Source: an uncultured delta proteobacterium (GTDB lineage Bacteria; Desulfobacterota; Binatia; UBA9968). Taken from it: a stretch of 64,000 bases of DNA. Under the pieces are notes generated by a model. That model saw only the letters and a list, made by a program, of their open reading frames with translations. It ran no database searches and had not been told where the DNA came from. The stretch spans positions 13,162-77,161 of the forward strand of contig CAVXEP010000027.1 of the NCBI GenBank assembly GCA_963760795.1. Direction: 5' to 3'. Each line of letters begins with the position of its first letter. The stretch's first letter is position 1. Both the position numbers and the translations under genes were made by a program. Below are positions 1 through 10,075 of this stretch, piece after piece.

Positions 1-1028
1 GTCTTGCCGGCTTATGCCAGGCGGCCAGCGTCGAAGATGTCGCACTGCTCAAATCCGCCGAGCGCCAGAAGATTCTCGTCGAGGGCGCGAGGAAGGAAGG
101 CAAGCTCACTTTTTACACCACGCTGATTATCGAGCAGGTGGTCCGGCCGCTGAAAGATGCGTTTGAAAAGGAATACCCCTTCATTCAAATGGAGTATTTC
201 CGCGGCAATTCGGATCGGGTGACGCAAAAGCTTTTCGCCGAGTATCAGGCGAAGCGTTATGCGGTCGATGTCGTCGACGGCAGCTCGACGACGACCATGG
301 TCCGGCGCGCCGGTCTTCTCCAACGATTTTATTCACCGCATTTGGCGGAGTATCCGGCCGAGCTCAAAGATGCCGAAGGATTCTGGGGCGTGAGCAACCT
401 TTACTTTCACACCCTCGGCTACAACACGCGCATGGTCAAACCCGGCGAGGTGCCGAAAAGCTACGAAGATCTGCTGCATCCGCGCTGGAAAGGCCAGATG
501 ATCTGGTCCACCGGGCGCGGCGGCGGCGGGCCGTTGTTCGTCGGCAATGTGTTGCAAAACATGGGCGAGGGCGCCGGCAAGGCTTACCTGCAGAAATTGC
601 GCGGACAAAACATCGCCAAGAGCACCGCCAGCTCGCGCCAAGTGCTCGACATGGTGATCGCCGGCGAGCAGCCGATTGTCCTGGTGATCTTCAATCATCA
701 TGCCTATATCAGCAAGACTGCCGGCGCGCCGTCCGAGTGGCAGCCTTTGGAGCCGGTGCCGGCGCGGGTCAGCACCATTGGCGTGCCCAAGTTCGCGCCC
801 CATCCTCATGCGGCGATGTTGTTCATGGATTTTGTCCTTTCCAAGCGCGGCCAGAAGGTCATGCAACAGTCCAACTATCTGCCGTCCCATCCAGAAATGC
901 CGGCGCTGCAAGCCGATCTCAAGCCCGGCGGCGGTCGCTTCAAGCGCGTTCATTACATGAATCCGGAGCAGGAGTACGACCGGGGCAACGATTGGGTCGA
1001 TTATTTCCAGAAAAATTTCATCCAATAA
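1..1028 (+). CDS. ABC transporter extracellular solute-binding protein (Fe3+/AfuA-FbpA-like), 5'-truncated by window edge
   Basis: Frame 3 is open from the window start (LAGLCQAASVEDVALLKSAERQKILVEGARKEGKLTFYTT...). Carries YNT..VPKSYEDLLHPRWKG and APHPHAAMLFMDF motifs; close paralog of the next gene. Confidence 0.85.
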   Translation, partial: LAGLCQAASVEDVALLKSAERQKILVEGARKEGKLTFYTTLIIEQVVRPLKDAFEKEYPFIQMEYFRGNSDRVTQKLFAEYQAKRYAVDVVDGSSTTTMVRRAGLLQRFYSPHLAEYPAELKDAEGFWGVSNLYFHTLGYNTRMVKPGEVPKSYEDLLHPRWKGQMIWSTGRGGGGPLFVGNVLQNMGEGAGKAYLQKLRGQNIAKSTASSRQVLDMVIAGEQPIVLVIFNHHAYISKTAGAPSEWQPLEPVPARVSTIGVPKFAPHPHAAMLFMDFVLSKRGQKVMQQSNYLPSHPEMPALQADLKPGGGRFKRVHYMNPEQEYDRGNDWVDYFQKNFIQ

Positions 1029-1065
1029 GCCAGACCCTTTCAGTATTTTCCGGCGGCCAATTACC

Positions 1066-1095
1066 TTGACAAGCGAAGGTCAGTCAGACTAGCTT
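1066..1095 (+). promoter_or_regulatory. Putative sigma70 promoter (TTGACA-18-TAGCTT)
   Basis: Perfect -35 box in the short gap ahead of the second SBP gene; -10 box is imperfect. Confidence 0.35.
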
Positions 1096-1139
1096 CGCAG
1101 CCATATGTTGAGATTCACTTGCCGCTTGGACTTGCCGCG

Positions 1140-2222
1140 ATGATGCCGCAGATTCGATGCCTACGCCGGTCGCTAGCGCTCCTCGCCGTCTTTACTGCGG
1201 CCGGTTTAGCACAGGCCGCGACGGTGGAAGAGATCGCCCTCATGAACCGCGCCGACCGGCAAAAAATTCTCGTCGAGGGCGCCAGGAAAGAAGGCAAGGT
1301 CACTTGGTACACCACCTTGATCGTCGATCAGGTGGTGCGGCCGGTGAAAGATGCGTTTGAAAAGGAATATCCATTTATCCAGGTAGAGTTCTTTCGCGGC
1401 AACACCGAGCGCATCGTCCAGAGGATGATCGCCGAATATCAAGCCAAGCGTTACGAAGCGGATTTGATCGACGGCACGGTGTCGCCGACCATGGTGCGGC
1501 GGGCTGGTTTGTTGCAGCGATTTAATTCACCGATGTTTGCCGACTACCCCGCCGAACTCAGGGATGCTCAAGGCTTTTGGGGCGCGACCAATCTGTATTT
1601 CTTCGCCACCGGTTATAACACGCGGATGGTCAAGGCCAACGAAGTGCCGAAGAGCTATGAGGACCTGCTCAATCCGCGCTGGAAGGGGCAGATGATGTGG
1701 TCCACCAGCCGCGGCTCCGGCGCGCCGATGTTTGTCGGCACGATCCTCAGCACCATGGGTAACGAAGCGGGCAAAGCGTACCTGCAAAAACTCAAGCTGC
1801 AAAATGTCGCCAAGACCTCGGCGAGTAACCGGCAAGTGCTCGATTTGACCATTGCCGGCGAGTATCCGCTGGCGCTGCAGATTTTCAATCATCACGCGTT
1901 TATCAGCAAGGCGGTGGGCGCGCCGGTGGAGTGGATCGTCCATGAGCCGGCGACGGCGACGATCAATAACATTGGCCTCGGCAAATTTGCCAGCCATCCC
2001 CACGCGGCGATGTTGCTGATCGATTTCATTCTGTCGGAAAAAGGTCAGAGGGTTTATCAGCAGTCGAACTACTTGCCGGCCCATCCCAAAGTGCCGGCCA
2101 AACAGGTCGACCTCAAACCGGGCGGCGGGCGATTCAAACGGGCGTTTTACATCAATCCCGACCAACAGTACGACAAAGGCAACGACTGGGCCGAATATTT
2201 TGAAAATGTATTCATGAAGTAG
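1140..2222 (+). CDS. ABC transporter extracellular solute-binding protein (Fe3+-type), tandem paralog
   Basis: Signal peptide (LALLAVFTAAGLAQA) and the same SBP motifs as the upstream paralog. ATG at 1140 preferred over TTG at 1119. Confidence 0.85.
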   Translation: MMPQIRCLRRSLALLAVFTAAGLAQAATVEEIALMNRADRQKILVEGARKEGKVTWYTTLIVDQVVRPVKDAFEKEYPFIQVEFFRGNTERIVQRMIAEYQAKRYEADLIDGTVSPTMVRRAGLLQRFNSPMFADYPAELRDAQGFWGATNLYFFATGYNTRMVKANEVPKSYEDLLNPRWKGQMMWSTSRGSGAPMFVGTILSTMGNEAGKAYLQKLKLQNVAKTSASNRQVLDLTIAGEYPLALQIFNHHAFISKAVGAPVEWIVHEPATATINNIGLGKFASHPHAAMLLIDFILSEKGQRVYQQSNYLPAHPKVPAKQVDLKPGGGRFKRAFYINPDQQYDKGNDWAEYFENVFMK

Positions 2223-2236
2223 CGGCGGGTAGAAAA

Positions 2237-4009
2237 TTGGCAAAACAACAATCAAGCGAATCTTTGGACCTGGCGCTCAAGGGCGATAGCGCGCGCGCAG
2301 GTTTTTCTTTAGGCATGGCGTCGCGCTTCGATGTCGCTACCGTGGTGATGATCTGCGTGTCCGTCGTCACCGGTTATTTGGTTCTGCCGCCGCTTTATTC
2401 GGTGATTCAAACCAGCCTATTCACCACCAAGCTCACCGGCGAGATCGATCAGTTCACGCTGCGCTATTACGAAGATCTCTTCCGCGAGCTGCAGATCATC
2501 GGCCCGTTTCTCAATACTTTTTATTTTTCCATCGGCAGCGCGTTGTTCGCCACCTTGCTCGGCGGCTCGATCGCCTGGATCGTCGTTCGCACCGATAGTC
2601 CGCTGCGCGGATTGGGCTACTTTACCGCGTTCGCTTCCTTCGGTACGCCGTTTATTCTCTACACCATCGGTTGGTTGTTGCTGCTCGGCAAGGCCGGACC
2701 GGTCAACTACTGGCTCAAGATTCTGTTCGATCAAACCACGCCGGTGCTCAACGTTTATTCCATGTTCGGCATGATTTTGATCGAGTCGCTGCTCTGGTCG
2801 CCGTTTGTCTTTCTCATGCTCGCCGCGGCGTTTCGTTCCATGGACCCGTCCCTCGAAGAAGCGTCGGCGGCCTGCGGCGCGCGGGTTTGGCAGACCATGC
2901 GGCGGGTTTCCTTGCGGCTGATGCTGCCGGCGTTTTTCTCGGTCATGCTGTTGATCTTCATCCGCACTTTTGAATCTTTTGAGATTCCAGCTTTGGTCGG
3001 ACTTCCCGGCGATATTCGCGTGCTGACGACTTCGATCTATCTCGACGCGCAAAAACTGCCGCCGCGCTATGGCAGCGCCGGGGCGTTCTCGGTGCTGTTG
3101 ATGGTGGTCGTCGCCGCGACTCTGTATTTTTACTTTCGCCTTACGCGCGAAGGGGACCGCTACCAGACGGTGACAGGGAAAGGCTACCGGCCGACGCTGA
3201 TCAATCTTGGCCGCTGGCGCTACTTGGCGGGTGCCGGCCTGGTCACCTATTCGATTATCTTGCTGGTGCTGCCGTTTCTGATCATTCTCTGGGCGTCGGT
3301 ATTGCCGTACTACATGCAGCCATCGCTTGAGGGGCTGGGGAAGCTCACTATCAAGAACTACGTCACCGCCCTGCACTTCCCCAAGATCACCGATGCGATC
3401 AAGAACAGCGTGCTGCTCGGGCTCGGCAGCGCGAGTTTCGTCATGTGCCTGACTCTGCTCGCCTCCTGGTTGCTGGTGCGCACCAAAATTCGCGGCCGCT
3501 GGCTGCTCGATCTCATGACTACGTTACCGTTGTTGTTTCCCGGTATCGTCATGGGGCTGGCGATCCTGCGCTTTTACCTGTTCGTGCCAATTCCGGTGTA
3601 CGGTACCTTGTGGATCCTGCTGATCGCTTTCGTCACACGCTACATTCCTTACGGCATCCGTTACACTCACTCCGGCTTGTTGCAGTTGCACAAGGAACTG
3701 GAAGAAGCGTCCTACGTTGCCGGCGCGTCGTGGTTTAACTCCATGCGCCGGATTATCTTGCCGCTGATGACGCCGTCGTTTCTTGGCGGCTGGATCTTTA
3801 TCTTTCTCCTGTCCGCCAAAGAGTTGTCCATGTCGGTCTTGCTCGTCAGCCCGCAAACGCCGGTGGTATCGGTGGCGATCTTCGAGCTCTGGGAAAACGC
3901 TCAAGTCGGCGAGCTCGCCGCCTTCGGCGTGATCTGGACAGCCATCCTCGTCACCGTGGCGATCTTTTACTACGCCTTCGCCCGCCGCTATGGGATTCAA
4001 CAGAACTGA
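2237..4009 (+). CDS. ABC transporter permease, FbpB-like (two fused TM domains)
   Basis: 590 aa hydrophobic protein with two EAA loops (MDPSLEEASAACGA; LHKELEEASYVAGA). Confidence 0.9.
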   Translation: MAKQQSSESLDLALKGDSARAGFSLGMASRFDVATVVMICVSVVTGYLVLPPLYSVIQTSLFTTKLTGEIDQFTLRYYEDLFRELQIIGPFLNTFYFSIGSALFATLLGGSIAWIVVRTDSPLRGLGYFTAFASFGTPFILYTIGWLLLLGKAGPVNYWLKILFDQTTPVLNVYSMFGMILIESLLWSPFVFLMLAAAFRSMDPSLEEASAACGARVWQTMRRVSLRLMLPAFFSVMLLIFIRTFESFEIPALVGLPGDIRVLTTSIYLDAQKLPPRYGSAGAFSVLLMVVVAATLYFYFRLTREGDRYQTVTGKGYRPTLINLGRWRYLAGAGLVTYSIILLVLPFLIILWASVLPYYMQPSLEGLGKLTIKNYVTALHFPKITDAIKNSVLLGLGSASFVMCLTLLASWLLVRTKIRGRWLLDLMTTLPLLFPGIVMGLAILRFYLFVPIPVYGTLWILLIAFVTRYIPYGIRYTHSGLLQLHKELEEASYVAGASWFNSMRRIILPLMTPSFLGGWIFIFLLSAKELSMSVLLVSPQTPVVSVAIFELWENAQVGELAAFGVIWTAILVTVAIFYYAFARRYGIQQN

Positions 4010-4115
4010 CGGCGCAGTTGTCATTTACATCCGTGTTCCCCTTTTAGCAGTAGCCAGTGCGGGCAGATAATAGTCGATATCCTGCTGACGTTGATTCGAG
4101 TCGGAGCGTTGAACC

Positions 4116-4861
4116 ATGCCGATGGGCGATCAAGACCTTTTTCAACTGATTCGTTCCTCGACGATCGAAACCGTTGACGATGTCATCTGGTTTTGCGCGC
4201 CCTCGACAGCGAGTTGGCGAACGACGACGGACTCAAATGGTTCAACCTGCTTTATCTCAAAGTTACTGAAGCCGTGCGCACCCAGCCGCAGACGGTTCGG
4301 TGGGAGAATGGCCAATGGTTGGAGCAGCTCGATGTGAATTTCGCCAAGCTTTATTTTGCCGCGCTATGCGATTGGCAGCGTAATCGCGACCGGGTCGCGC
4401 GCGCCTGGTTGCCCTTGTTTCAGTCGCGCGAGCGGCATGGCATCAAGCGCGTGCAATTCGCACTGGCGGGGATCAATGCTCATATCAATCACGATTTATC
4501 GGTTGCTCTGGTGCAGACGGGAAAGGCGTTGCGCATCGTTCTCAAGCGCGGCACAGCGGAGTTTCGCGACTTCGAAAAGGTCAATTCGATTCTCGAAACC
4601 GTGCAGGAGGATGTCAAACGCTATATCGCCACTGGGATTGTCGGTGTAGTCGATCAAAGTTTAGGCGATCTCGATGACAACGCGGCTAACTGGAGCGTGC
4701 GCAAAGCCCGTGAAACCTCATGGTCCAATGGTGAGATTCTCTGGCGGCTGAACCGGATGCCGGTGTTAAGGAGTGAGTTCCTGACCAATATCGATCGGCT
4801 TGTCAGTCTGGCGAGTCGCGGCCTTCTAATCTCAGGAGGGCATCACTTAACCGGAACCTGA
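4116..4861 (+). pseudogene. DUF5995-like protein with a frameshift near 4188-4193 (error or pseudogene)
   Basis: N-terminus ...TIETVDDVI joins LRALD...DGLKWFNLLYLKVT in another frame; motif LAGINAHINHDL. Confidence 0.6.
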
Positions 4862-4957
4862 TTGGCGCTGGCTCGAAGCAACCCATCCGTGAACCGGCAT
4901 GCCGCGGGGCGGGATTCTTATTGCAGGGTTCACTGGCGATTATTGAAAATATTTTTC

Positions 4958-6190
4958 ATGTTGTCCCCGCTTGTACCGCCATCGACCGCGCCAACAACCC
5001 AGCGGCGTCGCATGGCTGTTGTCCTCCTCTGCTGCGCCTTGGTCGGTTCGGCTGTTTTTATCAACCTATCCATCGCCTCGGCCCAGACGATGAACTCGCA
5101 GCCAACGGGAGTGCGGGACTTTGTCGAATACTGGTCGGCAAGCCGTTTGTTGTTGAACGGCGGCAACCCTTACGCGCCGGACCAATTGCTGCAATTGCAG
5201 CGATCCGTCGGCTGGGGCAGTGGTACGGCGCTGATCATGTGGAATCCACCCTGGACCCTGCCCTTCACACTGCCGTTCGGTTTGCTGAATTTTAATCTGA
5301 GTCAGTTCGCCTGGCTGTTCAGCCAACTGTTGCTAATTTTGATATGCACTCAAGCGCTGGCGAATCTCTATGGCGGTGGGTCGACTAACTGCCGGATCGA
5401 GTGGTGCGTCGCTCTCAGTTTTGTCCCGACGGTATTTGTCCTGATCATCGGCCAAATCTCACCGATGGTTCTGGCCGGGATCACCGGATTTCTCGTGCTT
5501 GAAAAAAAGCGGAAATCGCTCGCTGCCGGCGCGATGTTGGCGGTCGTCGCGATCAAGCCGCATCTGCTCTATCTGTTTTGGCTCGCGCTGTTATTTTGGA
5601 TCTGCCGATACCGCCGCTGGCAGGTTTTGCTCGGCGCCGCCGGTGCATTTCTCATCGTTGCGCTGCTGCCGGTCTATTTCGACCGTCATATCTATGGCCA
5701 GTATCTCGATCTGTATCATCAGGAAGGAATCCTCAAACCCTTCGATTGGCCGGCGCCGACATTGCGAAATATTTTCCCGCTGTTGTTCGATCGCAGCGAT
5801 CGGTGGTTGGAGAGCTTGCCGACGCTGGCCGGACTTGCCTGGCTGGGATATTACTGGCACCGGCACAAAGCCCAGTGGCAGTGGCCGGAAGCATTGCCAT
5901 CAGTCCTATTGGTTTCCGTGACGACGAGTTTCTTCGCCTGGACTTACGATCAGGTGGTTTTCCTGCCGGCGCTCATCGAAGTGACGGCGTGGATCAGACG
6001 AACCAAGCTGCCCTGGTACCGGTCCTGGGCTGCGCTCGGTTATGTTGCGATCAATGGCGTGCATCTCGCCATGCGTTTTTGGTTCGCCGAGGAGTTTGTC
6101 TACCTATGGCTGGCGCCGGCATTGACCCTCTGCTATGTCGTCTATCGTTATGAAAGGCGGATTCTCGATGTGCCAAAACTTTCGAATTGA
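4958..6190 (+). CDS. GT87/DUF2029 polytopic membrane glycosyltransferase
   Basis: RDFVEYW..GGNPY, WNPPW, GQIS, IKPH and WTYD motifs with many TM helices. Start codon uncertain (ORF open from 4862). Confidence 0.75.
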   Translation: MLSPLVPPSTAPTTQRRRMAVVLLCCALVGSAVFINLSIASAQTMNSQPTGVRDFVEYWSASRLLLNGGNPYAPDQLLQLQRSVGWGSGTALIMWNPPWTLPFTLPFGLLNFNLSQFAWLFSQLLLILICTQALANLYGGGSTNCRIEWCVALSFVPTVFVLIIGQISPMVLAGITGFLVLEKKRKSLAAGAMLAVVAIKPHLLYLFWLALLFWICRYRRWQVLLGAAGAFLIVALLPVYFDRHIYGQYLDLYHQEGILKPFDWPAPTLRNIFPLLFDRSDRWLESLPTLAGLAWLGYYWHRHKAQWQWPEALPSVLLVSVTTSFFAWTYDQVVFLPALIEVTAWIRRTKLPWYRSWAALGYVAINGVHLAMRFWFAEEFVYLWLAPALTLCYVVYRYERRILDVPKLSN

Positions 6191-6842
6191 TCGCCTAACT
6201 CATGCGGCAACAGCGGTTTTGAGATTCGCGCTTTTTGTCCTGCTGCTTCCGAGCGTCGGTTGGACCGATAGCTGGCCGGGGGCAATGCCGTTTCAAGTAT
6301 TCAGCAAGTCGGCAAAGTATTTCGCTAGAGTGATCCCTGGTGAAAGCATCGGCGATACGATCGGCTTTGCCGGTGCTCGCAAGGGGAAATACGCCCAGGC
6401 GCTGTATTACGTTTTACAAGCGGACCGCTCTTACAAGTTGCTGCACGAGATCAAACTGCAGAATCCGGTGGCGCCGGTGGACCTGCTGCTTTCGGATCGA
6501 GGACAGTTTGTCACCTTCGATAACTGGCATAATCTTGGGTATGGCAAAGTAGTGGCGATCTACGCGGCCTCGGGGAAGCTGGTTCGCAGCTACGAAATCG
6601 ACCAGCTTTATCCATCGTCACTGCAGGAGAAGATTCCCGCTTCGGTTTCGTCCCGTCATTGGCGCTGCCAGCCGAGCCATTTCGTCGAACCGAAGGAGCA
6701 AAAGAGTGTCTATGTGCCGGAAGTCATGGGTGGATATTTTGTTTTCACTTTGGCGACGGGTGAGATGGTTTACACAGCTGGTGCACGCAAGGAGTGCATA
6801 CCACCGCCGGGGCCAATGTCCCAGACACGACACGGGCAGTGA
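6135..6842 (+). CDS. Hypothetical exported protein
   Basis: 235 aa ORF with a hydrophobic signal-like segment followed by DSW; start uncertain. Confidence 0.6.
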   Translation: MSSIVMKGGFSMCQNFRIDRLTHAATAVLRFALFVLLLPSVGWTDSWPGAMPFQVFSKSAKYFARVIPGESIGDTIGFAGARKGKYAQALYYVLQADRSYKLLHEIKLQNPVAPVDLLLSDRGQFVTFDNWHNLGYGKVVAIYAASGKLVRSYEIDQLYPSSLQEKIPASVSSRHWRCQPSHFVEPKEQKSVYVPEVMGGYFVFTLATGEMVYTAGARKECIPPPGPMSQTRHGQ

Positions 6843-6927
6843 GTTTTGCTAATCCTTATTTGGCGATTCGGGTTGCAATCAAACAGCCTGTTCGCATAAA
6901 CAAATTCGACAAACAGAGGGGGGTGGT

Positions 6928-7926
6928 ATGGATCGACGACAACGGCGGAAAGCAATGTTGCCCTTTGCATGCTTTGCGCTGGCGCTTGGGTGGCAGAGCG
7001 CCGACGCCCAGCAGATCTCCCTGGCCTTCAGTTCCGTCGACTCGCCCAATGCCAATTGGTATATCGCCAAAGAGCGGCAGCTTTATAAGAAATATGGTCT
7101 CGATGCCGAACTGATTTTTATTCCGTCATCGACGACGACGATTTCCGCGGTGGTCGCTGGTTCGGTGGACGTCGGTAATATCTCCGGCGGGGCGACTGCC
7201 AACGCCGCAGTCGGCGGCGCGGGCGTGGTCGCGGTCGGCTGCTTCATCAACACCTTGCCCTACGATCTGGTCGTGCATGAGTCGATCCGCTCGGCGCAGC
7301 AACTCAAGGGCAAGAGCATCGGCATCAGCCGCGTCGGCAGCTCCTCCGACGTGGCGGCGCGGGTATTTCTCAAGGAATTGAAACTCGAGCCGGACAAAGA
7401 CGTGGCGATCCTGCAGGTCGGCGGTTCGACGGAAAGAGCGGCGGCGTTTCGCACCGGACGCATCGTCGCATTTCCCGCGCCGCCGGGGGTGATTCATCTC
7501 ACCCATGGCATGCCGCACCGGATTCTCGCCAGTACGGCCGATTTCCCCAAGGGGTTTCCCTTCCCCTATGTCTGTCCGACGGCATCGAAGACGTTTGTCA
7601 AGAACCAGCGCGACACCATGAAGCGATTACTGATGGCGCTGATCGACGCAACGCATTTTTACAAGACGCGCAAAGAGGAAGCCAAAAAGGTCATGGCGAA
7701 GTACACTCGCCATAGCAACGAAGCGTTTTTGGAAGCGGCCTATTTGAGCAGCGCTAAGCTTTTCGAGCAGGTGCCGCTGGTCAATCGCGACGGCATGGAT
7801 GTGCAAGTCAAAGACGCCGTGTCGCGCAAACCGAGCAGCACGCTTAAAGTCGACGATCTCGTCGACGATAGTTTGGTTTTGGAGTTGGAGAAAGAAGGGT
7901 TCATTAGCCGGATCTACAAGCAGTAA
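6928..7926 (+). CDS. ABC transporter substrate-binding protein, NMT1/TauA/SsuA family
   Basis: Signal peptide; KYGLDAELI, LKGKSIGISRVGSSSD and PDKDVAILQVG motifs. Confidence 0.85.
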   Translation: MDRRQRRKAMLPFACFALALGWQSADAQQISLAFSSVDSPNANWYIAKERQLYKKYGLDAELIFIPSSTTTISAVVAGSVDVGNISGGATANAAVGGAGVVAVGCFINTLPYDLVVHESIRSAQQLKGKSIGISRVGSSSDVAARVFLKELKLEPDKDVAILQVGGSTERAAAFRTGRIVAFPAPPGVIHLTHGMPHRILASTADFPKGFPFPYVCPTASKTFVKNQRDTMKRLLMALIDATHFYKTRKEEAKKVMAKYTRHSNEAFLEAAYLSSAKLFEQVPLVNRDGMDVQVKDAVSRKPSSTLKVDDLVDDSLVLELEKEGFISRIYKQ

Positions 7927-8004
7927 CTTTTTTGGCTTGGTCCGATTCGTAGCCACGCACCGCGGTTGGAAAAGGGTTGTTCGACCTTAAAGGTAAAGCA
8001 GCAG

Positions 8005-8403
8005 ATGGAGCAGAAGTATTTTTATGCATTGCTGATCATTCCGCTGATGCTGGCGCTTCGCGTCGCGGCGCATTTTCTCGATAAGCGGCGCATCAAAGAC
8101 GAAGTGGAAGCCCGGCACGGGCGGGCGGTATCGATTGTTTGGAATCCATTTGGACGCGGCTGGTTTTTTGAGAAAGGCGAACGTCATTACGATGTGACTT
8201 ATGTCGATCGCCACTCGGGCGGCACGGTTACCGCAGCCTGTAAGACTAGCATGTTCACCGGAGTCTATTGGGCCGATGGCGAGACAGCTGCGGAAGCGCC
8301 GCGGCGCATCTTGTCGCACCGCCGCTGTGCGAAATGCGGCTACACGATTCAGATCGAATGGCGCGCCTGCCCGAACTGCGGTAAGGCGACGGAGTTCGCG
8401 TGA
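8005..8403 (+). CDS. Membrane-anchored protein with C-terminal zinc ribbon
   Basis: N-terminal TM helix; C-terminal CAKC-x10-CPNC. Confidence 0.65.
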   Translation: MEQKYFYALLIIPLMLALRVAAHFLDKRRIKDEVEARHGRAVSIVWNPFGRGWFFEKGERHYDVTYVDRHSGGTVTAACKTSMFTGVYWADGETAAEAPRRILSHRRCAKCGYTIQIEWRACPNCGKATEFA

Positions 8404-8601
8404 GACCTACCGGTGATACAGAATTTATAGCGAAAATTGCCTCTGCCGCGCCAAGAGTTTTTTTGCTGCGCCCGGCGAAAACAAGAATAGATCGAAAGAC
8501 GCCGCGCGGGCAGCGGTCATCTCGCCGCACTGCCGGATTAGCCGGCCGATCGAATGAGATCGGCGCTCTCACGCTAAAAAAATAACCTGTCGGCGGATAA
8601 T

Positions 8602-9957
8602 TTACACAATCGGCGCGATTTCGATTTCCGCTACGGGTTTCGTTCGGGCTTGCCAGCGATAAACCACCAGGCCGAGAGCGACGCCGCCTAAGCTCACGTA
8701 TTTTGTCGCCGGGTTCGACAGCGCGATACTGAGCAAGCACAATGCTGTGGGCGGAATGCATAGGGCGATCACGCCGAAAGTACCGTACGGGATTCGATAG
8801 GGCCGCGCCATCTTTGGCTGCTTGACCCGCAGCCAGACCAGCGCGGCGAATTCCAAAAGCAACGCGGCTGCGTAAAGAAACATGTCGACTTCGATCAATT
8901 CCTGAAACGAAAATGGCATGAGTAGCGCGACACCGGCGCTGTTGATGAGAATCGCGCGCCATGGCGTGTCGTAGTCAGGGTGAGTTGCCGCCAACGCTCG
9001 TGGCAACATGGTGCGCCGCGCCATGGCGTAGGGGACCCGCGCCGAGGTGCAGAGCAGAGCGCTGAACATTCCCGCGGCGCTGACTAGTGCCGCGGCGGTG
9101 AGCCAAATACCCAGCCATGAGCCGCCGATCTGCGCGGCGATCTTGGGCAGATAACCTTCCTTCCACTGCGTCCAATCGGAGTCGACCCCCGTGCCCACCG
9201 CCAGCGGCAGCAAGTAGGCCGCGGTGACCAAGACTACGGTAATCATCATCGCGCGCGGGTAGACGCGATTGGGCGCGCTGACCGCGCCGGCGCAGCAGCC
9301 GGCGTTGTCCCAGCCCGAGGTGTTCCACAAAAGTACGCTTAGCAACAGCGGCCAGTCGGTGGCTGCGGTGCGCTGGAGCCAGTTGGCGGGCGACACTTGC
9401 GGCAGGCCGAGAACCAGCATCACGGCGAAGGGCGCAAGCACAAGCGCGGCGAAGACGATCGAAGTTACGCCGACCAAGCGCGTGCCGCGAATGTTGAGCC
9501 AGGTGATGACGCTGATAAGCGCAGCGGCGATGAGCCAGCGCTCCAACGGCGCCATGTCGCCGCGCAAGTACGCGAGATAGTCGACGAACATCACCGGATA
9601 GAGCGCGTTGTCGGCGAAGCTGCACAGCCAGCTCAGCCAGCCTTCCTGAAAGCCCCAGAATCTACCGAAGGCTTTTTCCACCCAGACAACGTAACCGCCG
9701 TCCTCCGGCATGGCGGTCGACAATTCCGCGGTCATCAACGCCGTCGGCAAACTCCAGAGCCAGGGGAGTATGGCGATGCCCAAAAGCACCACGAGCGGGC
9801 CGGCGGCGCCGACACCATCCTCCAGGCCATAGGCGCCGCCGGCGACACAAAAAAAAGTCAAGCCGACGAGGCCGGGGAGATTCAAACCGCGCCGGGATTC
9901 ACCGTGCGCCGGCGCGTTAGATGCGGAGCTTGGCGATGACATGTTGCCGCGCAGCAT
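8602..9957 (-). CDS. APC family amino acid/polyamine permease
   Basis: FFCVAGGAYGLED, AELSTAMPEDGGYVVWV, WNTSGWD and RPYRIP motifs; about 12 TM helices. Confidence 0.9.
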   Translation of the reverse strand: MLRGNMSSPSSASNAPAHGESRRGLNLPGLVGLTFFCVAGGAYGLEDGVGAAGPLVVLLGIAILPWLWSLPTALMTAELSTAMPEDGGYVVWVEKAFGRFWGFQEGWLSWLCSFADNALYPVMFVDYLAYLRGDMAPLERWLIAAALISVITWLNIRGTRLVGVTSIVFAALVLAPFAVMLVLGLPQVSPANWLQRTAATDWPLLLSVLLWNTSGWDNAGCCAGAVSAPNRVYPRAMMITVVLVTAAYLLPLAVGTGVDSDWTQWKEGYLPKIAAQIGGSWLGIWLTAAALVSAAGMFSALLCTSARVPYAMARRTMLPRALAATHPDYDTPWRAILINSAGVALLMPFSFQELIEVDMFLYAAALLLEFAALVWLRVKQPKMARPYRIPYGTFGVIALCIPPTALCLLSIALSNPATKYVSLGGVALGLVVYRWQARTKPVAEIEIAPIV

Positions 9958-10075
9958 AGCGAGCGAGGTTTCGCCTTGTCAATTGAAGCGCGGTGGTTGG
10001 TCTGGTGATTCCTTTGTCGGCGCCGGTCAAAGCTGATATCTTCGATTTACTTTCCTTCCCATCGATTTTCCATTT

